NCBI GenBank assembly: GCA_963772835.1
Contig: CAVYYZ010000015.1
Coordinates: 31,891-95,890 of the forward strand
Direction of reading: 5' to 3'
Length of the DNA stretch: 64,000 nucleotides
Source: an uncultured delta proteobacterium
GTDB taxonomy: Bacteria > Desulfobacterota > Desulfuromonadia > Geobacterales > Pseudopelobacteraceae
Part shown: positions 49,558-59,808 of the stretch, in pieces
Numbering within the stretch: position 1 is the stretch's first letter
Layout: each line of letters begins with the position of its first letter
The notes under the pieces: generated by a model
Databases searched by the model: none
The model's input: the letters and a program-made list of their open reading frames with translations, nothing else
What the model was told of the DNA's origin: nothing
Made by a program: the position numbers and the translations under genes

Positions 49558-49573
49558 TGCAGGCTGCGTGCCA
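49558..49573 (-). promoter_or_regulatory. Sigma54 (-24/-12) promoter
   Basis: Minus strand TGGCACG-CAGC-CTGCA, 40 nt upstream of ATG 49518. Confidence 0.7.
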
Positions 49574-49711
49574 AAAATAAATTATTAGTAACATACTGTT
49601 TTTATAGCTATAATCTCTATCCATTTTTTATCGTGCGGCGATGGCTACCTCATTCACAACACGTCATACCCTATATGCGGCAAAATGATCAATGTATAGC
49701 GAGCTCAGGTT

Positions 49712-50725
49712 TCAAAATGGTCCATAATACTGGCGGTACCAGTCAACAAAGCGGGCGATGCCTTTTTCTATACCCGTATCGGGCCTGAACCCAACCGCAT
49801 CTGCCAAGTCCGCCACATCGGCATTCGTTGTGAGTACTTCGCCAGGCTGCATCGGAAGAAGATTTTTCTCCGCTTTTCTGCCAAGACACTCTTCCAGCAC
49901 CTCAATAAATCGGCCAAGCTCGACCGGCTGATGATTGCCGATGTTATAGATGCGATATGGAGCAGAACTCGTTGCCGGGTCAGGCCTTTCTGCGCTCCAG
50001 GAAGTGTCGGGCCGCGGGATAAGATCCATCACCCGGACAACCCCTTCGACAATATCATCAATATACGTGAAGTCCCGCTGCATCCGGCCATGATTGAACA
50101 CGTCTATTGGGCGGCCTTCCAGAATGGATTTGGTAAAGGAGAAATATGCCATATCCGGTCGCCCCCATGGTCCATATACGGTGAAGAAACGTAAACCGGT
50201 GGCCGGTATCCCGAAGAGGTGTGCGTAGGTATGTGCCATGAGTTCGTTTGACTTTTTGGTGGCGGCATAAAGCGATACCGGATGGTCAACAGAATGATGT
50301 TCAGAAAACGGCACCGTTGCATTGGCTCCGTACACGGAGCTTGACGAAGCATACACCAGGTGCTTGATGTTCGTCTGTCGACACCCTTCCAGTATGTTCA
50401 GAAAGCCACAGATATTGCTGTCAATATATGCATGAGGATTCTGGAGAGAATATCGCACGCCCGCCTGAGCGGCAAGATTGAAAACATAATCGAAATTCCC
50501 GACCTGAAACAGTTTTTCAACGCATAAACGATCTTCCAGCCCCCCCCGGACAAAAGTAAAGCCTTCCGCCCCCGCCAGGTTAGCGAGCCGCGCTTCTTTC
50601 AGGGAAACGTCATAGTAGTCATTCAGATTATCAAATCCGGTGACCTGATTCCCCTGCCGCAATAGGCGCTGCGCGAGGTGAAAACCGATAAATCCGGCTG
50701 CGCCGGTTACAAGAATTCTGCTCAT
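49712..50725 (-). CDS. NAD-dependent epimerase (UDP-glucuronate 4-epimerase-like)
   Basis: [43 protein letters not shown]. Confidence 0.93.
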   Translation of the reverse strand: MSRILVTGAAGFIGFHLAQRLLRQGNQVTGFDNLNDYYDVSLKEARLANLAGAEGFTFVRGGLEDRLCVEKLFQVGNFDYVFNLAAQAGVRYSLQNPHAYIDSNICGFLNILEGCRQTNIKHLVYASSSSVYGANATVPFSEHHSVDHPVSLYAATKKSNELMAHTYAHLFGIPATGLRFFTVYGPWGRPDMAYFSFTKSILEGRPIDVFNHGRMQRDFTYIDDIVEGVVRVMDLIPRPDTSWSAERPDPATSSAPYRIYNIGNHQPVELGRFIEVLEECLGRKAEKNLLPMQPGEVLTTNADVADLADAVGFRPDTGIEKGIARFVDWYRQYYGPF

Positions 50726-52251
50726 CCCGTTTTCCTGTCCAGACTTCGGTATTGGATTGCCTCGGCGATATGCTGTTCATGAATGGACGCACTCCCATCG
50801 AGATCTGCAATGGTACGGGCAACCTTGAGAATGCGGGTGTAGGTGCGGGCCGAGAAACCGAGACGGTCGGTAACAAGCTCCAGCATACGGTTGCCGCTGG
50901 CGTCCAGTTCACAGTATTTTTTTATGAATCGGGGGGTCATCTGGGCGTTACAATGTATTTTGGTTCCTTTATAGCGTTCCAGCTGAATTTCACGCGAACG
51001 CTCCACCCGCATGGCGATTGCAGCGGAACTCTCGGCCTCACCTCGATCGGCCAGATCGCGATATTTGACCGCCGGAACTTCGATGTGGATGTCGATCCTG
51101 TCGAGCAGAGGCCCGGAGATGCGGGAACGGTAACGGTGGATGGCAACCGGGGTGCAGGTGCAGGGATGGGTCGGATCCGACAAATAACCACAGGGGCACG
51201 GGTTCATGGCTGCTACCATCATGACGCGCGCCGGATAGGTCAGTGTCAGCAGTGAGCGGGAAATAGTGACCTTACCATCCTCCATCGGTTGGCGCAGGAC
51301 TTCGAGTACATTCTTCTTAAACTCAGGCAGTTCATCAAGGAAAAGTACACCGTTGTGAGCCAGGGAAACCTCTCCAGGTTTTGGTGTTGTGCCTCCGCCT
51401 ATCAGGCCGACATCCGAGATGGTATGATGCGGTGAACGGAAGGGACGGACGGCCAGCAACGCGCGTTCTTTTTCCAGCATACCGCTGACACTGAATATTT
51501 TAGTGGTCTCGATTGCCTCGTCAAAGGACATTCGCGGTAGAATCGAAGGTATACGACGGGCAATCATCGTCTTTCCGGATCCCGGCGGGCCAATCATAAG
51601 AATATTGTGGCCGCCGCTTGCGGCCACTTCAAGGGCGCGTTTGGCATGTTCCTGACCCTTAACCTCGCTGAAATCCTCACCATATTCGCTTCCGCTTGAA
51701 AAAAGCGCCTGCAGATCAATCAGACAGGGCTTGATAGTCTCGCGACCACAGAGAAACTCTACCACTTGGGAAAGAGACGTTGCGCCAATAACATCAATTC
51801 CGGTAACGACGGCCGCTTCGGCAGCATTTTCTGCAGGAAGAATCAGACCTGCCAGACCGGCCCGTTTGGCGGCGACCGCCATCGACAGCGCACCGCGAAT
51901 CGGCTTGAGTCCGCCATCCAGGGACAATTCACCCAGCAGGATATATTCGTGAAGCCGCGCACCCTTGATGACACCGGTGGCAGCCAGAATACCGACTGAA
52001 ATCGGCAGGTCGTAGGCGGCTCCCTCCTTCTTGATATCGGCCGGGGCCAGGTTCGCGGTGATACGGCGGGCGGGAAAATCGTAACCGGAGTTTTTAAGCG
52101 CTGCCTTGACCCGATCTTTGCTTTCTTTCACGGCTCCATCCGGTAGTCCGACCGTGGCAAAGGAGGGTAATCCAGGGGCAAGATCAACTTCAACATCCAC
52201 CAGGATGGCATCAATCCCGATCAGGGCACTGCTGAAAACTTTTGCAAGCAT
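50722..52251 (-). CDS. comM: YifB/ComM Mg-chelatase-like AAA+ ATPase
   Basis: [48 protein letters not shown]. Confidence 0.93.
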   Translation of the reverse strand: MLAKVFSSALIGIDAILVDVEVDLAPGLPSFATVGLPDGAVKESKDRVKAALKNSGYDFPARRITANLAPADIKKEGAAYDLPISVGILAATGVIKGARLHEYILLGELSLDGGLKPIRGALSMAVAAKRAGLAGLILPAENAAEAAVVTGIDVIGATSLSQVVEFLCGRETIKPCLIDLQALFSSGSEYGEDFSEVKGQEHAKRALEVAASGGHNILMIGPPGSGKTMIARRIPSILPRMSFDEAIETTKIFSVSGMLEKERALLAVRPFRSPHHTISDVGLIGGGTTPKPGEVSLAHNGVLFLDELPEFKKNVLEVLRQPMEDGKVTISRSLLTLTYPARVMMVAAMNPCPCGYLSDPTHPCTCTPVAIHRYRSRISGPLLDRIDIHIEVPAVKYRDLADRGEAESSAAIAMRVERSREIQLERYKGTKIHCNAQMTPRFIKKYCELDASGNRMLELVTDRLGFSARTYTRILKVARTIADLDGSASIHEQHIAEAIQYRSLDRKTG

Positions 52252-52262
52252 GGATTACCACC

Positions 52263-52332
52263 AATTTTGGATTTTGAATTTTGGATTTTGAATTGAAGAT
52301 ACTTTAGAATTCAAAATCCAGAATTCAACATT
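52263..52332. repeat. Heptamer (RATTTTG)n tandem repeat forming a long hairpin
   Basis: AATTTTG GATTTTG AATTTTG GATTTTG AATT ... AATTCAAAATCCAGAATTCAACATT (inverted copy). Confidence 0.8.
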
Positions 52333-52336
52333 GCCT

Positions 52337-53134
52337 TCAGCTTTTCAGCATAATAAAGCCCATCTGGCGCCCCGAATCATCCTTATCCCTGCGATACGAG
52401 AAAAATTGCTCACTATGGCAACAGACGCACTGTTCAGAGAGTTGAATTGCATGTTCCGGCAGTCCCGCAATCAGAAGCAGTTCACGGTTGGCAGCACCCA
52501 GGTCGAGATGCCATTTACCGGGACTCTTCAGTTCTGCACACGAATCCCAGGCGAGACCGCCCTGCAGAAAAGCCTTCCTGACCGGTTCGTCAACTTCATA
52601 GCAGCATTTTTGTATGCACGGGCCGACAGCGGCATGAAGACGTGCCGGATCAGTGCCGAATTCCGACCGCATGCCGGAGACGGTTTTAACAACAAGCCTG
52701 GAAGCGGTACCTTTCCAGCCGGCGTGAATAACTGCAATAACCTTGTTTTCAGGGTCACAGAGCAGAATCGGGACGCAGTCCGCGACACAGACTCCGATCA
52801 TGACATTCGGTTGATTGGTAATGACAGCATCACCCTCAACAGAGAGGAAATGGCTGAAATCTTCATTCGGCTCGTTGATGACCAGAATATCACTGCCGTG
52901 CACCTGGCGCGGGGTAACCAGAGCCTCCTGATTGATACCAAATGCACGGGTGAGCAGGCTGCGATTTCCCTCAACATTTGCCTGTTGATCCTGCGTGTTC
53001 ATTCCCAGGTTTAGAGAGTTGCATGGGGGACGCGAAACGCCTTCATGGCGGGTGGTAAAACCTTGAATTGAGCATGATGAACCAGGAAAATCTACTGCGA
53101 CATACTGGATACGGCCTATACGGTTCATCTGCAT
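52337..53134 (-). CDS. pgeF: PgeF/YfiH family protein
   Basis: FTTRHEG, SLNLG, QVHG, VADCVPILL, HAGWKG, GPCI..CCYEV, FFSYRR. Confidence 0.93.
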   Translation of the reverse strand: MQMNRIGRIQYVAVDFPGSSCSIQGFTTRHEGVSRPPCNSLNLGMNTQDQQANVEGNRSLLTRAFGINQEALVTPRQVHGSDILVINEPNEDFSHFLSVEGDAVITNQPNVMIGVCVADCVPILLCDPENKVIAVIHAGWKGTASRLVVKTVSGMRSEFGTDPARLHAAVGPCIQKCCYEVDEPVRKAFLQGGLAWDSCAELKSPGKWHLDLGAANRELLLIAGLPEHAIQLSEQCVCCHSEQFFSYRRDKDDSGRQMGFIMLKS

Positions 53135-53260
53135 TGTACTACCTCCAAAATCTGCTTCTGATAAGAATACTTATGCCTTCCGGGACAATTTTAGTTAGTT
53201 AGAAGTTGTTTTCTGCGCATTTTTGGCAGAAAATAGCTTCGTTACCGCACGTTTCATGTG

Positions 53261-53869
53261 TTAGGCTTTACCGTCGCGGGTGCGCTGTCGCCAGATATAG
53301 ACTGCGGCAAGAGCGACACTGAACATGATTACCCAGAGCAGTGCTTTATGGGAATACTGCATGATCAACTGCTGGTTCTCACCGATGGCATAGCCGATCA
53401 ATGTGAGGATGGTGCACCAGATTCCGGCACCAAGGACGGTATACAGGGAAAACTTAAGATGATTCATCCCTGCCACTCCTGCCGGAATTGAAATCAGATG
53501 GCGTATCACCGGGAGAAGGCGACCGATAAAAGTCGATATTTCACCATGCCGCAGAAAAAATCGTTCCACACGTTCGAATTTGTCAGGCGGGATCAGCACA
53601 TACCTGCCATATTTAATAATCAACGGTCTCCCCAGATAGTGGGATACAAAATAGTTGACATACGCACCGATAAGACTGCCGACGGTGCCGCACAGAATAG
53701 CGACCGTCATGCTCATTTTGCCCTGATACGCCAGATAACCGGCCGGCGGCATGATCAATTCGCTCGGCACCGGAATGATCGAGCTCTCCATAGCCATCAA
53801 GAGTAGAATACCAGGGTACCCCATGGCTCCGATTGTATCCAGCAGCCACTGAATAAGTGTTTGAATCAC
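53261..53869 (-). CDS. DedA-family membrane protein
   Basis: MESSIIPVPSELIMPPAG, FIGRLLPVIRHLISIPAG. Confidence 0.92.
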   Translation of the reverse strand: MIQTLIQWLLDTIGAMGYPGILLLMAMESSIIPVPSELIMPPAGYLAYQGKMSMTVAILCGTVGSLIGAYVNYFVSHYLGRPLIIKYGRYVLIPPDKFERVERFFLRHGEISTFIGRLLPVIRHLISIPAGVAGMNHLKFSLYTVLGAGIWCTILTLIGYAIGENQQLIMQYSHKALLWVIMFSVALAAVYIWRQRTRDGKA

Positions 53870-53993
53870 GTGAGAAACTCCCGTCACATATTGTAAGGAA
53901 CTCTTTATACCTCAACTGAACCATTCGGGCAACAGCAGATAGGATAATTGAATGGATCGAACAGATCCGGCACCGCTGAGGGGAGAAACAACC

Positions 53994-54407
53994 ATGAAGA
54001 AAATGGTAAAAGTAATTCTATGTATTGTGTGTCTGACGTTAACTGCATGCGCTTCTAGCCGTACAGGCTTAAGTGAAGAATTTGACCGGAGCGCGAAAGC
54101 GTATAACCGTTTGCTGCGATGGCATGAAATTGAAAGTGCCGGTATAACCTACATTGATCCGGAAATTCAGGATGAGTATATGAAACAGGCCGACATTCTC
54201 AAAAAACGCGGACTCTCCGTTACTGATTACCGTATACTCTCCTCCCGGTACCTTCCGGATAAGAAATCGGGGGATGTGATTGCAGAATTCGATTATTACG
54301 TTCTGCCGTCAAACAGAGTTAAAACCATTTTATATCGGCAGGATTGGTTTTATATGGAGAGTGTCAACAGCTGGAAGCTAAAAAGCGGATTACCGGTATT
54401 TGAATAG
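53994..54407 (+). CDS. Hypothetical lipoprotein
   Basis: RBS GGAG; LTAC lipobox. Confidence 0.75.
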   Translation: MKKMVKVILCIVCLTLTACASSRTGLSEEFDRSAKAYNRLLRWHEIESAGITYIDPEIQDEYMKQADILKKRGLSVTDYRILSSRYLPDKKSGDVIAEFDYYVLPSNRVKTILYRQDWFYMESVNSWKLKSGLPVFE

Positions 54408-54413
54408 AGCGTC

Positions 54414-55319
54414 ATGACATTACTACACCATCAGATAGATCAGTTTTCAACGTACCTTGAAACTGAACGTGATGTTTCACCACACACTCTGGCGGCCTAT
54501 CGAAGCGATCTGGCGCAGTTTTTAACGTACGCAGTACGTGAAAAAGGAGAAACCGTCTCCGCCCGGGATATTGACCATCTACTCCTCAGGCGCTATCTGG
54601 CTGGACTGTCAATTCACACCAGGAAAAGTTCAATCGGCCGAAAGCTGGCGGCTATTCGATCTTTTTTCCGTTTCCTCCTGCGGCGGGGAGGGATACTAAA
54701 GAATCCTGCCGAACTGATCGCTACACCAAAAAAAGAGCAGCGCCTCCCGTTTCATCTCGATATCGACCAAGCCACGGCTCTGATGGAGGCGCCTGACTCT
54801 GAACAGAAATACGCACTGCGTGACCGGGCAATTCTGGAGCTGTTGTATTCAAGCGGTCTCCGTGTTTCTGAGTTAACCGACCTGAATATCGGCGAGTTCG
54901 ATCCGGCGGGCGGCATGGTCCGGGTTACTGGGAAGGGAGGAAAGGAGCGCATCGTCCCGGTTGGCAGCCGCGCACTGGAAGCAATCCAGATGTATCTTGA
55001 ACTGCGGGGCAACAATACATCCAAAGATGCCCTTTTTCTCAACACCCGCAGCGGGCGCATCAATCGCCGCACTGTGGCGCGCATCATCGATGCCCATGTC
55101 TTAAAGATTGCTGCCTTCAAACGAATTTCTCCACATACCCTGAGGCATACATTTGCTACACACATGCTGGAAGGTGGTGCCGATCTGCGGGCAATTCAGG
55201 AACTGCTCGGTCATGCATCACTCTCCACCACCCAGAAATACACGCACGTCAGCATCGACCACCTGATGGAGGTCTACGATAAAGCCCATCCCAAAGCCCA
55301 TACAAAAAGCGGGGGATAA
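54414..55319 (+). CDS. xerC: Tyrosine recombinase XerC
   Basis: [61 protein letters not shown]. Confidence 0.9.
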   Translation: MTLLHHQIDQFSTYLETERDVSPHTLAAYRSDLAQFLTYAVREKGETVSARDIDHLLLRRYLAGLSIHTRKSSIGRKLAAIRSFFRFLLRRGGILKNPAELIATPKKEQRLPFHLDIDQATALMEAPDSEQKYALRDRAILELLYSSGLRVSELTDLNIGEFDPAGGMVRVTGKGGKERIVPVGSRALEAIQMYLELRGNNTSKDALFLNTRSGRINRRTVARIIDAHVLKIAAFKRISPHTLRHTFATHMLEGGADLRAIQELLGHASLSTTQKYTHVSIDHLMEVYDKAHPKAHTKSGG

Positions 55320-55338
55320 GTCGCCTCATCCCCCGCTT
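55307..55338. terminator. Hairpin between convergent xerC and roadblock gene
   Basis: AAGCGGGGGAT...ATCCCCCGCTT. Confidence 0.55.
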
Positions 55339-55359
55339 CACCTGCTGCTGCTTTTTCAA

Positions 55360-56046
55360 TTACCCGATCGCGACTTCGACCTTATCCCCGGCGTTCACCT
55401 TGAGTTTTTTCTCGATACCCGGACCGACGACAATGGTGCCGTCGTACAACTGGTCCATATCTTTCATGACAATTACAGGAAAAGTACCTCTTGTACCTGC
55501 CACAGTATTTGTCAGAATCAGCTTTTTGAACGGGGCCTTGTAAAAGTCTGAGATATATTGAAAAGTGGGTTGGCTGACGGCAATCATACCAAGTGAATCG
55601 AAGCTGGCACTGGTCTGTTTATTGGCTAGATGACTGATATTCATACGCAGCAGACCATCGGCTGACACAGAATCTTCAGCTGCGGATTTTTGTGGTGCTG
55701 CGGGAGCTTCGTCTGGAATCTTTGCCTGAAGTTTTTTTACAGCAAGATTTAATGTTATTGACAAAACCTGCAGATTTATACTGTTTGCACATAACAGGAA
55801 GAGCAAAGCTTCCGGAAATGCTTTGACGAGGATGCGGCCATCTGAGTATCGTAAATCGAGTAGATCCAGCGATTGTGATATCTTCAAACCATGCGAGCAT
55901 TCCAGGGTCAACGAAGCGGCATTCTTTAGTGACGCCGCATCAAAAAGTGCAGGAAATGAGTGAACCAGCACATCTCCCTTGCGGCTGAAAAGTGCGCTGC
56001 CAATCACTCCGTCAACACCGTTTATGTGCTGCAGGATATTCTTCAT
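55360..56046 (-). CDS. Roadblock/LC7-domain protein with additional C-terminal domain
   Basis: ILQHINGVDGVIGSALFSRKGDVL roadblock-type N-terminus. Confidence 0.7.
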   Translation of the reverse strand: MKNILQHINGVDGVIGSALFSRKGDVLVHSFPALFDAASLKNAASLTLECSHGLKISQSLDLLDLRYSDGRILVKAFPEALLFLLCANSINLQVLSITLNLAVKKLQAKIPDEAPAAPQKSAAEDSVSADGLLRMNISHLANKQTSASFDSLGMIAVSQPTFQYISDFYKAPFKKLILTNTVAGTRGTFPVIVMKDMDQLYDGTIVVGPGIEKKLKVNAGDKVEVAIG

Positions 56047-56058
56047 GAAACCACTCCC

Positions 56059-56760
56059 CTACTTGCCAGGCACAAATGCAGCTTTGATCTCACCTTCAAC
56101 ACTGTCAAGGTTACAGTCCGGTTTGACCGCAATACTCAAATAGTGTTGCTTGGAATCATACATAAGAAGATCATAATTCGAGGTGTGAACTGCGGCGGCC
56201 TTGATTTCCCCGAGGCCCATCAAATCACCAAACTGGTTACCGGTTTTGGCCAGAAAAATGCCTTTGGCGGCCAGTGCGACCGCTTCAATGCTGGAGTCTT
56301 GAACCGGTGAACCCTTTTTATCAAGTAAAACGGCATATGTGATATTGTTAATCTCCTGCAGGCGAGCAGCAATTTTACTCATTGTGCGGCGAGGCGTCAC
56401 GGAGGGTCCGGCGGATTTATTCGCAGTTGCACCAGCATTTTCTTCATCAAGTCGCCGTAGAGCTTCTAGCAGCAGAAAATCAGTGCGGTAATGAATGGTA
56501 CAGACGTTGGAAGTCATTTCGGGGTGAATATCAAAAGTGCCGCCCGGCCACTTAATGATTTCGTAAATCGCATGTTCACCGGATTCTTCACCCTGTTCGG
56601 CGTGTATTATCTCACCGTCAACAAAATAAATCACACCCTGGGCGTCTTCATATGCTACAGAAATCGCCCCGGTATACCTATTGTGCCCTTTAAGCTGAAT
56701 AACATCAGTCAGAGAGAGCCCGGCCACTGCACCTTTAAAACCGCTAACGCTTTGAGACAT
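56059..56760 (-). CDS. DUF4388 (PatA_N-like) domain fused to roadblock/LC7-like domain
   Basis: FKGAVAGLSLTDVIQL..TGAI..GVIYFVDGEIIHA..GEHAIYEIIKW..GTF..LLLEALRRLDE; C-terminal roadblock-like fold. Confidence 0.8.
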   Translation of the reverse strand: MSQSVSGFKGAVAGLSLTDVIQLKGHNRYTGAISVAYEDAQGVIYFVDGEIIHAEQGEESGEHAIYEIIKWPGGTFDIHPEMTSNVCTIHYRTDFLLLEALRRLDEENAGATANKSAGPSVTPRRTMSKIAARLQEINNITYAVLLDKKGSPVQDSSIEAVALAAKGIFLAKTGNQFGDLMGLGEIKAAAVHTSNYDLLMYDSKQHYLSIAVKPDCNLDSVEGEIKAAFVPGK

Positions 56761-56871
56761 CTGTACCAACCTGTCGGAGTGATAACACCAATACTGCCCT
56801 CATATAACTGTTGCTATATAAACCATAACCGCGAAACAAGTTCAAGCAGGAAAGTCATGCACCACATAATA

Positions 56872-56897
56872 AACCCCGCCGGTTGCCCGGCGGGGTT
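56872..56897 (-). terminator. Terminator-like hairpin after CoA-transferase
   Basis: AACCCCGCCGG-TTGC-CCGGCGGGGTT. Confidence 0.65.
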
Positions 56898-56921
56898 GGA
56901 TGAATTCTAAAGACAAGGCTT

Positions 56922-58517
56922 CTATTCGCAGAGATCGACCTTGACGTCCCAGCTCTTGATTTTCATGGTGCCGTTCTGAGCCAGGTTCATGTGCATTTTG
57001 AAGGCACGATCCCACATCTGCGGCTCGTGGCCGACTTTCCGCTTGATGCAGTCAGCAGTTGCCATTTCCAGATATTCGGTCAGAATCGGTTTGTAATCAG
57101 GATGAGCGCATTTCTCTATGATCAGCTTTGCACGGTCCTTCGGTGCCAAGCCGCGGAGATCGGCCAGACCCTGCTCGGTGATAACACAGTCAAGATCGTG
57201 CTCTGTATGGTCAATATGCGAGCAGTGCGGCACTACACAGGAAATGCCGTTCGGGTCAGTCTTCGACGGACGTGAAGACGGGGTATGCATCATCTTCAGG
57301 TAGCCGTTGCGAAGAAAGTCTCCGGAACCGCCCAGGCCGTTAATCATGCGGGTACCACCGACCAGAGTGGAGTTGGCGTGCGCATAGATGTCAATTTCCA
57401 CCGGAGTATTCATAGCGATACACCCCAGACGACGGATCGGCTCAGGTGCATTCGAGATGGAAAGAGGACGCAGTGTAATTTTGTCGAAATATTTGTCCAT
57501 ATTATCGAAGAATTTCGGGAAACCCGGTGACGCTGATAGCGAAAGCGAGCAGGAAGAGGCGTGGTCGAGTTTACCGGAGTCGAACAGGTCAAGCATAGTA
57601 TCCTGGAGTACTTCTGTGTAAACAGTCAGGTTGCTGAAAGGACCTTTGGCCAGCCCGCCGATTACGGCATTGGCAATGGAACCAACACCTGATTGGATCG
57701 GCAGGAGATTTTTCGGCAGACGGCCGGCTTTTACTTCCTGGGTAAAAAACTCGATTACATGTCCTGCAATGGCATCCGAAGTGTCATCCTGCTCGGCGAA
57801 AGCACGACCCTGATCGCGGAGTTTGGACTCGACCACGGCAATGATCTTGCTCGGATCGCAGGGAATTGAAGTCGATCCGATCCGGGATCCGGCCTTGGTA
57901 ATGTTAAAAGGCTGGCGGTTTGGCGGAATTGCCGGAGTAAGAAGGTCGTGAATCCCCTCAAAAGAAGGCTGTCCGGTGTTGACCTCTACAATAATCCTGT
58001 CGCAAATCATCAGGATTTCAGGGATCACGCCGCAGGATGAAGTTGGAACAAGGCTGCCGTCCTCTTTGATGGCGGATACTTCTATGATTGCCAGGTCAAG
58101 TCTGCCGCTCTCGGTGTCCTTGGTGTAGAAACCGTAACCCAGATCCTGCGCAAACAGGGAGAGGTGTTTGTCACCCATACGGATGCGCCCCTCGTTGATG
58201 CCGGCGGCAATATTCTTACCGGTCTGGTATGGCCAGCGACGGTCGATCATGTCGTTGACCGCCCAGCGGTCTTCGGTTTCGGCTCCGACTGAAGCTCCTA
58301 TAAACAGGTTGAATTTCAGCTTACCCTGCAGATTATTTTTTTCGACATGTTCTGCCAGAGCTATCGGCACAACTTTGGGATATCCGGCCGGAGTGAACCC
58401 TGACCAGCCCAGATTCATACCGGACTTGAAAAAAGGGATGGTCTGCTCGGCGGTCATGACCTTACTCATAAGTGATTTGCATTGTACACGGTCTTGAAGA
58501 GTTCCGTAATCTGACAT
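56922..58517 (-). CDS. Succinyl-CoA:acetate CoA-transferase / acetyl-CoA hydrolase
   Basis: SGFTPAGYPK, DKHLS, QSGVGSIANA, TEVLQD, NGLGGSGDF. Confidence 0.93.
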   Translation of the reverse strand: MSDYGTLQDRVQCKSLMSKVMTAEQTIPFFKSGMNLGWSGFTPAGYPKVVPIALAEHVEKNNLQGKLKFNLFIGASVGAETEDRWAVNDMIDRRWPYQTGKNIAAGINEGRIRMGDKHLSLFAQDLGYGFYTKDTESGRLDLAIIEVSAIKEDGSLVPTSSCGVIPEILMICDRIIVEVNTGQPSFEGIHDLLTPAIPPNRQPFNITKAGSRIGSTSIPCDPSKIIAVVESKLRDQGRAFAEQDDTSDAIAGHVIEFFTQEVKAGRLPKNLLPIQSGVGSIANAVIGGLAKGPFSNLTVYTEVLQDTMLDLFDSGKLDHASSCSLSLSASPGFPKFFDNMDKYFDKITLRPLSISNAPEPIRRLGCIAMNTPVEIDIYAHANSTLVGGTRMINGLGGSGDFLRNGYLKMMHTPSSRPSKTDPNGISCVVPHCSHIDHTEHDLDCVITEQGLADLRGLAPKDRAKLIIEKCAHPDYKPILTEYLEMATADCIKRKVGHEPQMWDRAFKMHMNLAQNGTMKIKSWDVKVDLCE

Positions 58518-58652
58518 CTACTACCTCCTGTTTATTTTTGTGTTTACAGGCAAATAACCTGTGTTGATAAGCGGTATCAGCCCCGAAAGGCGGTCTGTGT
58601 AATCATACCGGCGTGTACGCCATATAACCCGAACGAGCCCGAGTAGAACCGG

Positions 58653-58697
58653 ATTCTACTCACTTAGCTCATGATTCGTCAAGCTAAAAACGTATAC
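58653..58697 (-). promoter_or_regulatory. Sigma70 promoter of the CoA-transferase with upstream GTATAC palindrome
   Basis: Minus strand TTGACG-18nt-TAGAAT; GTATAC at 58692-58697. Confidence 0.5.
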
Positions 58698-58708
58698 AGG
58701 ATAGTCTG

Positions 58709-58999
58709 TCAGTTTTCGTAATCAACCGCTACAATCGATGAGCAGACTTCTTTCATGTGCGGGACTACCTCTCCGGCATGATACGGATGAATCTGGTAGG
58801 CCTGAAGGTTTTCAAGCGAATCAAAACGAGTCGTAAGCGCGATGTCGTATGAACGCTCAGATCTAACCACATCGACACCAACCTCCAGATGGCGCAGGAC
58901 GTCAATCTTGCCGTCCATACTGAGCAGCTTGTTCCGGGTGGCTGCCAGATTTTCCAATGAGGGATTTGCCAGTTTGAATAGCACGATATGGGTGATCAT
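58709..58999 (-). CDS. Dabb family (stress-responsive A/B barrel) protein
   Basis: MITHIVLFKL, YQIHPYH, VDYE. Confidence 0.9.
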   Translation of the reverse strand: MITHIVLFKLANPSLENLAATRNKLLSMDGKIDVLRHLEVGVDVVRSERSYDIALTTRFDSLENLQAYQIHPYHAGEVVPHMKEVCSSIVAVDYEN

Positions 59000-59102
59000 G
59001 GATTTGTCCTTTCACGGTTGAGAGTATGAAATCAGGGTTCTCTGTATACATTGCCTTCATGGAGCTGTCAATGAGGCGGAATTATAACAATTTGAAAGCC
59101 GT

Positions 59103-59804
59103 TTATGCAGAGTGTGGGAGTTGTCGCAGAAAGACCACATACGCACCGCTGCCGCCCATCTCACGGGGAGCAGGAGCGAATTCAAGGACAATCCCCCTCC
59201 CGGCATCGCGGAGCCATGACGCAACAGCCTGGTGAAGAACCGGCTCTTCATGAGAGTGGTTTCCCTTGCCGGTGATCACCAGTGCGGCCTTTTGTCCTTT
59301 TTTTTGAGCGGACTGTAAAAACCGGGGTAACGCCTCCAGCGCCTCCTCACGCGTCAGTCCGTGCAGATCAAGCTGGTAACTGACTGAAATTACGCCCCGC
59401 CTCACCTGCCGGAGCCTGTTTCCGGCCAGTGGATGCAACTCGCCTTCATCTGGGACAGAATCCCTAAATGTGGTATCCAGCTTCAGCTTGGCGATTTCTT
59501 CAAGAAAAGCACCTTCTTCGGCAACCTTACATTCTTCCCCCGCTATCCTGGCTGTTTTCTGCAGAGGATGCGAGCCTGCCCGAGCCGGCTTTTTTGCTAA
59601 AGGCTGAAACGGCCGCACATCCGCCACCGCCTCAAGGAACAGATCCAGGCCGTTATCAGCCGACTCTATCGTTTTTTTTACGTTCGGCAGAACAACCGGT
59701 TCAGCAGGTGCTGAAACGGCAACCCCCTTCAAAGCCCCAAAGGGAGTGACATGAAACTCTTTTGGTTTCGCCGGAGTTTGGTTCCGTTCCTTTTTTTTTG
59801 CCAC
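59103..59804 (-). CDS. Smr/MutS2 domain protein
   Basis: LDLHGLTREEA, VITGKGNHS, GGSGA. Confidence 0.9.
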   Translation of the reverse strand: MAKKKERNQTPAKPKEFHVTPFGALKGVAVSAPAEPVVLPNVKKTIESADNGLDLFLEAVADVRPFQPLAKKPARAGSHPLQKTARIAGEECKVAEEGAFLEEIAKLKLDTTFRDSVPDEGELHPLAGNRLRQVRRGVISVSYQLDLHGLTREEALEALPRFLQSAQKKGQKAALVITGKGNHSHEEPVLHQAVASWLRDAGRGIVLEFAPAPREMGGSGAYVVFLRQLPHSA

Positions 59805-59808
59805 GACA

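Noticed and set aside
49153..49588. Overlapping Ser/Phe-, Ala/Phe- and Leu/Lys-rich ORFs
   Set aside because: Alternate frames of the low-complexity gene 49285..49518
54414..55319. Tyrosine recombinase as the island integrase
   Set aside because: 22 kb from the island, ~300 aa with chromosomal XerC motifs and host-like context
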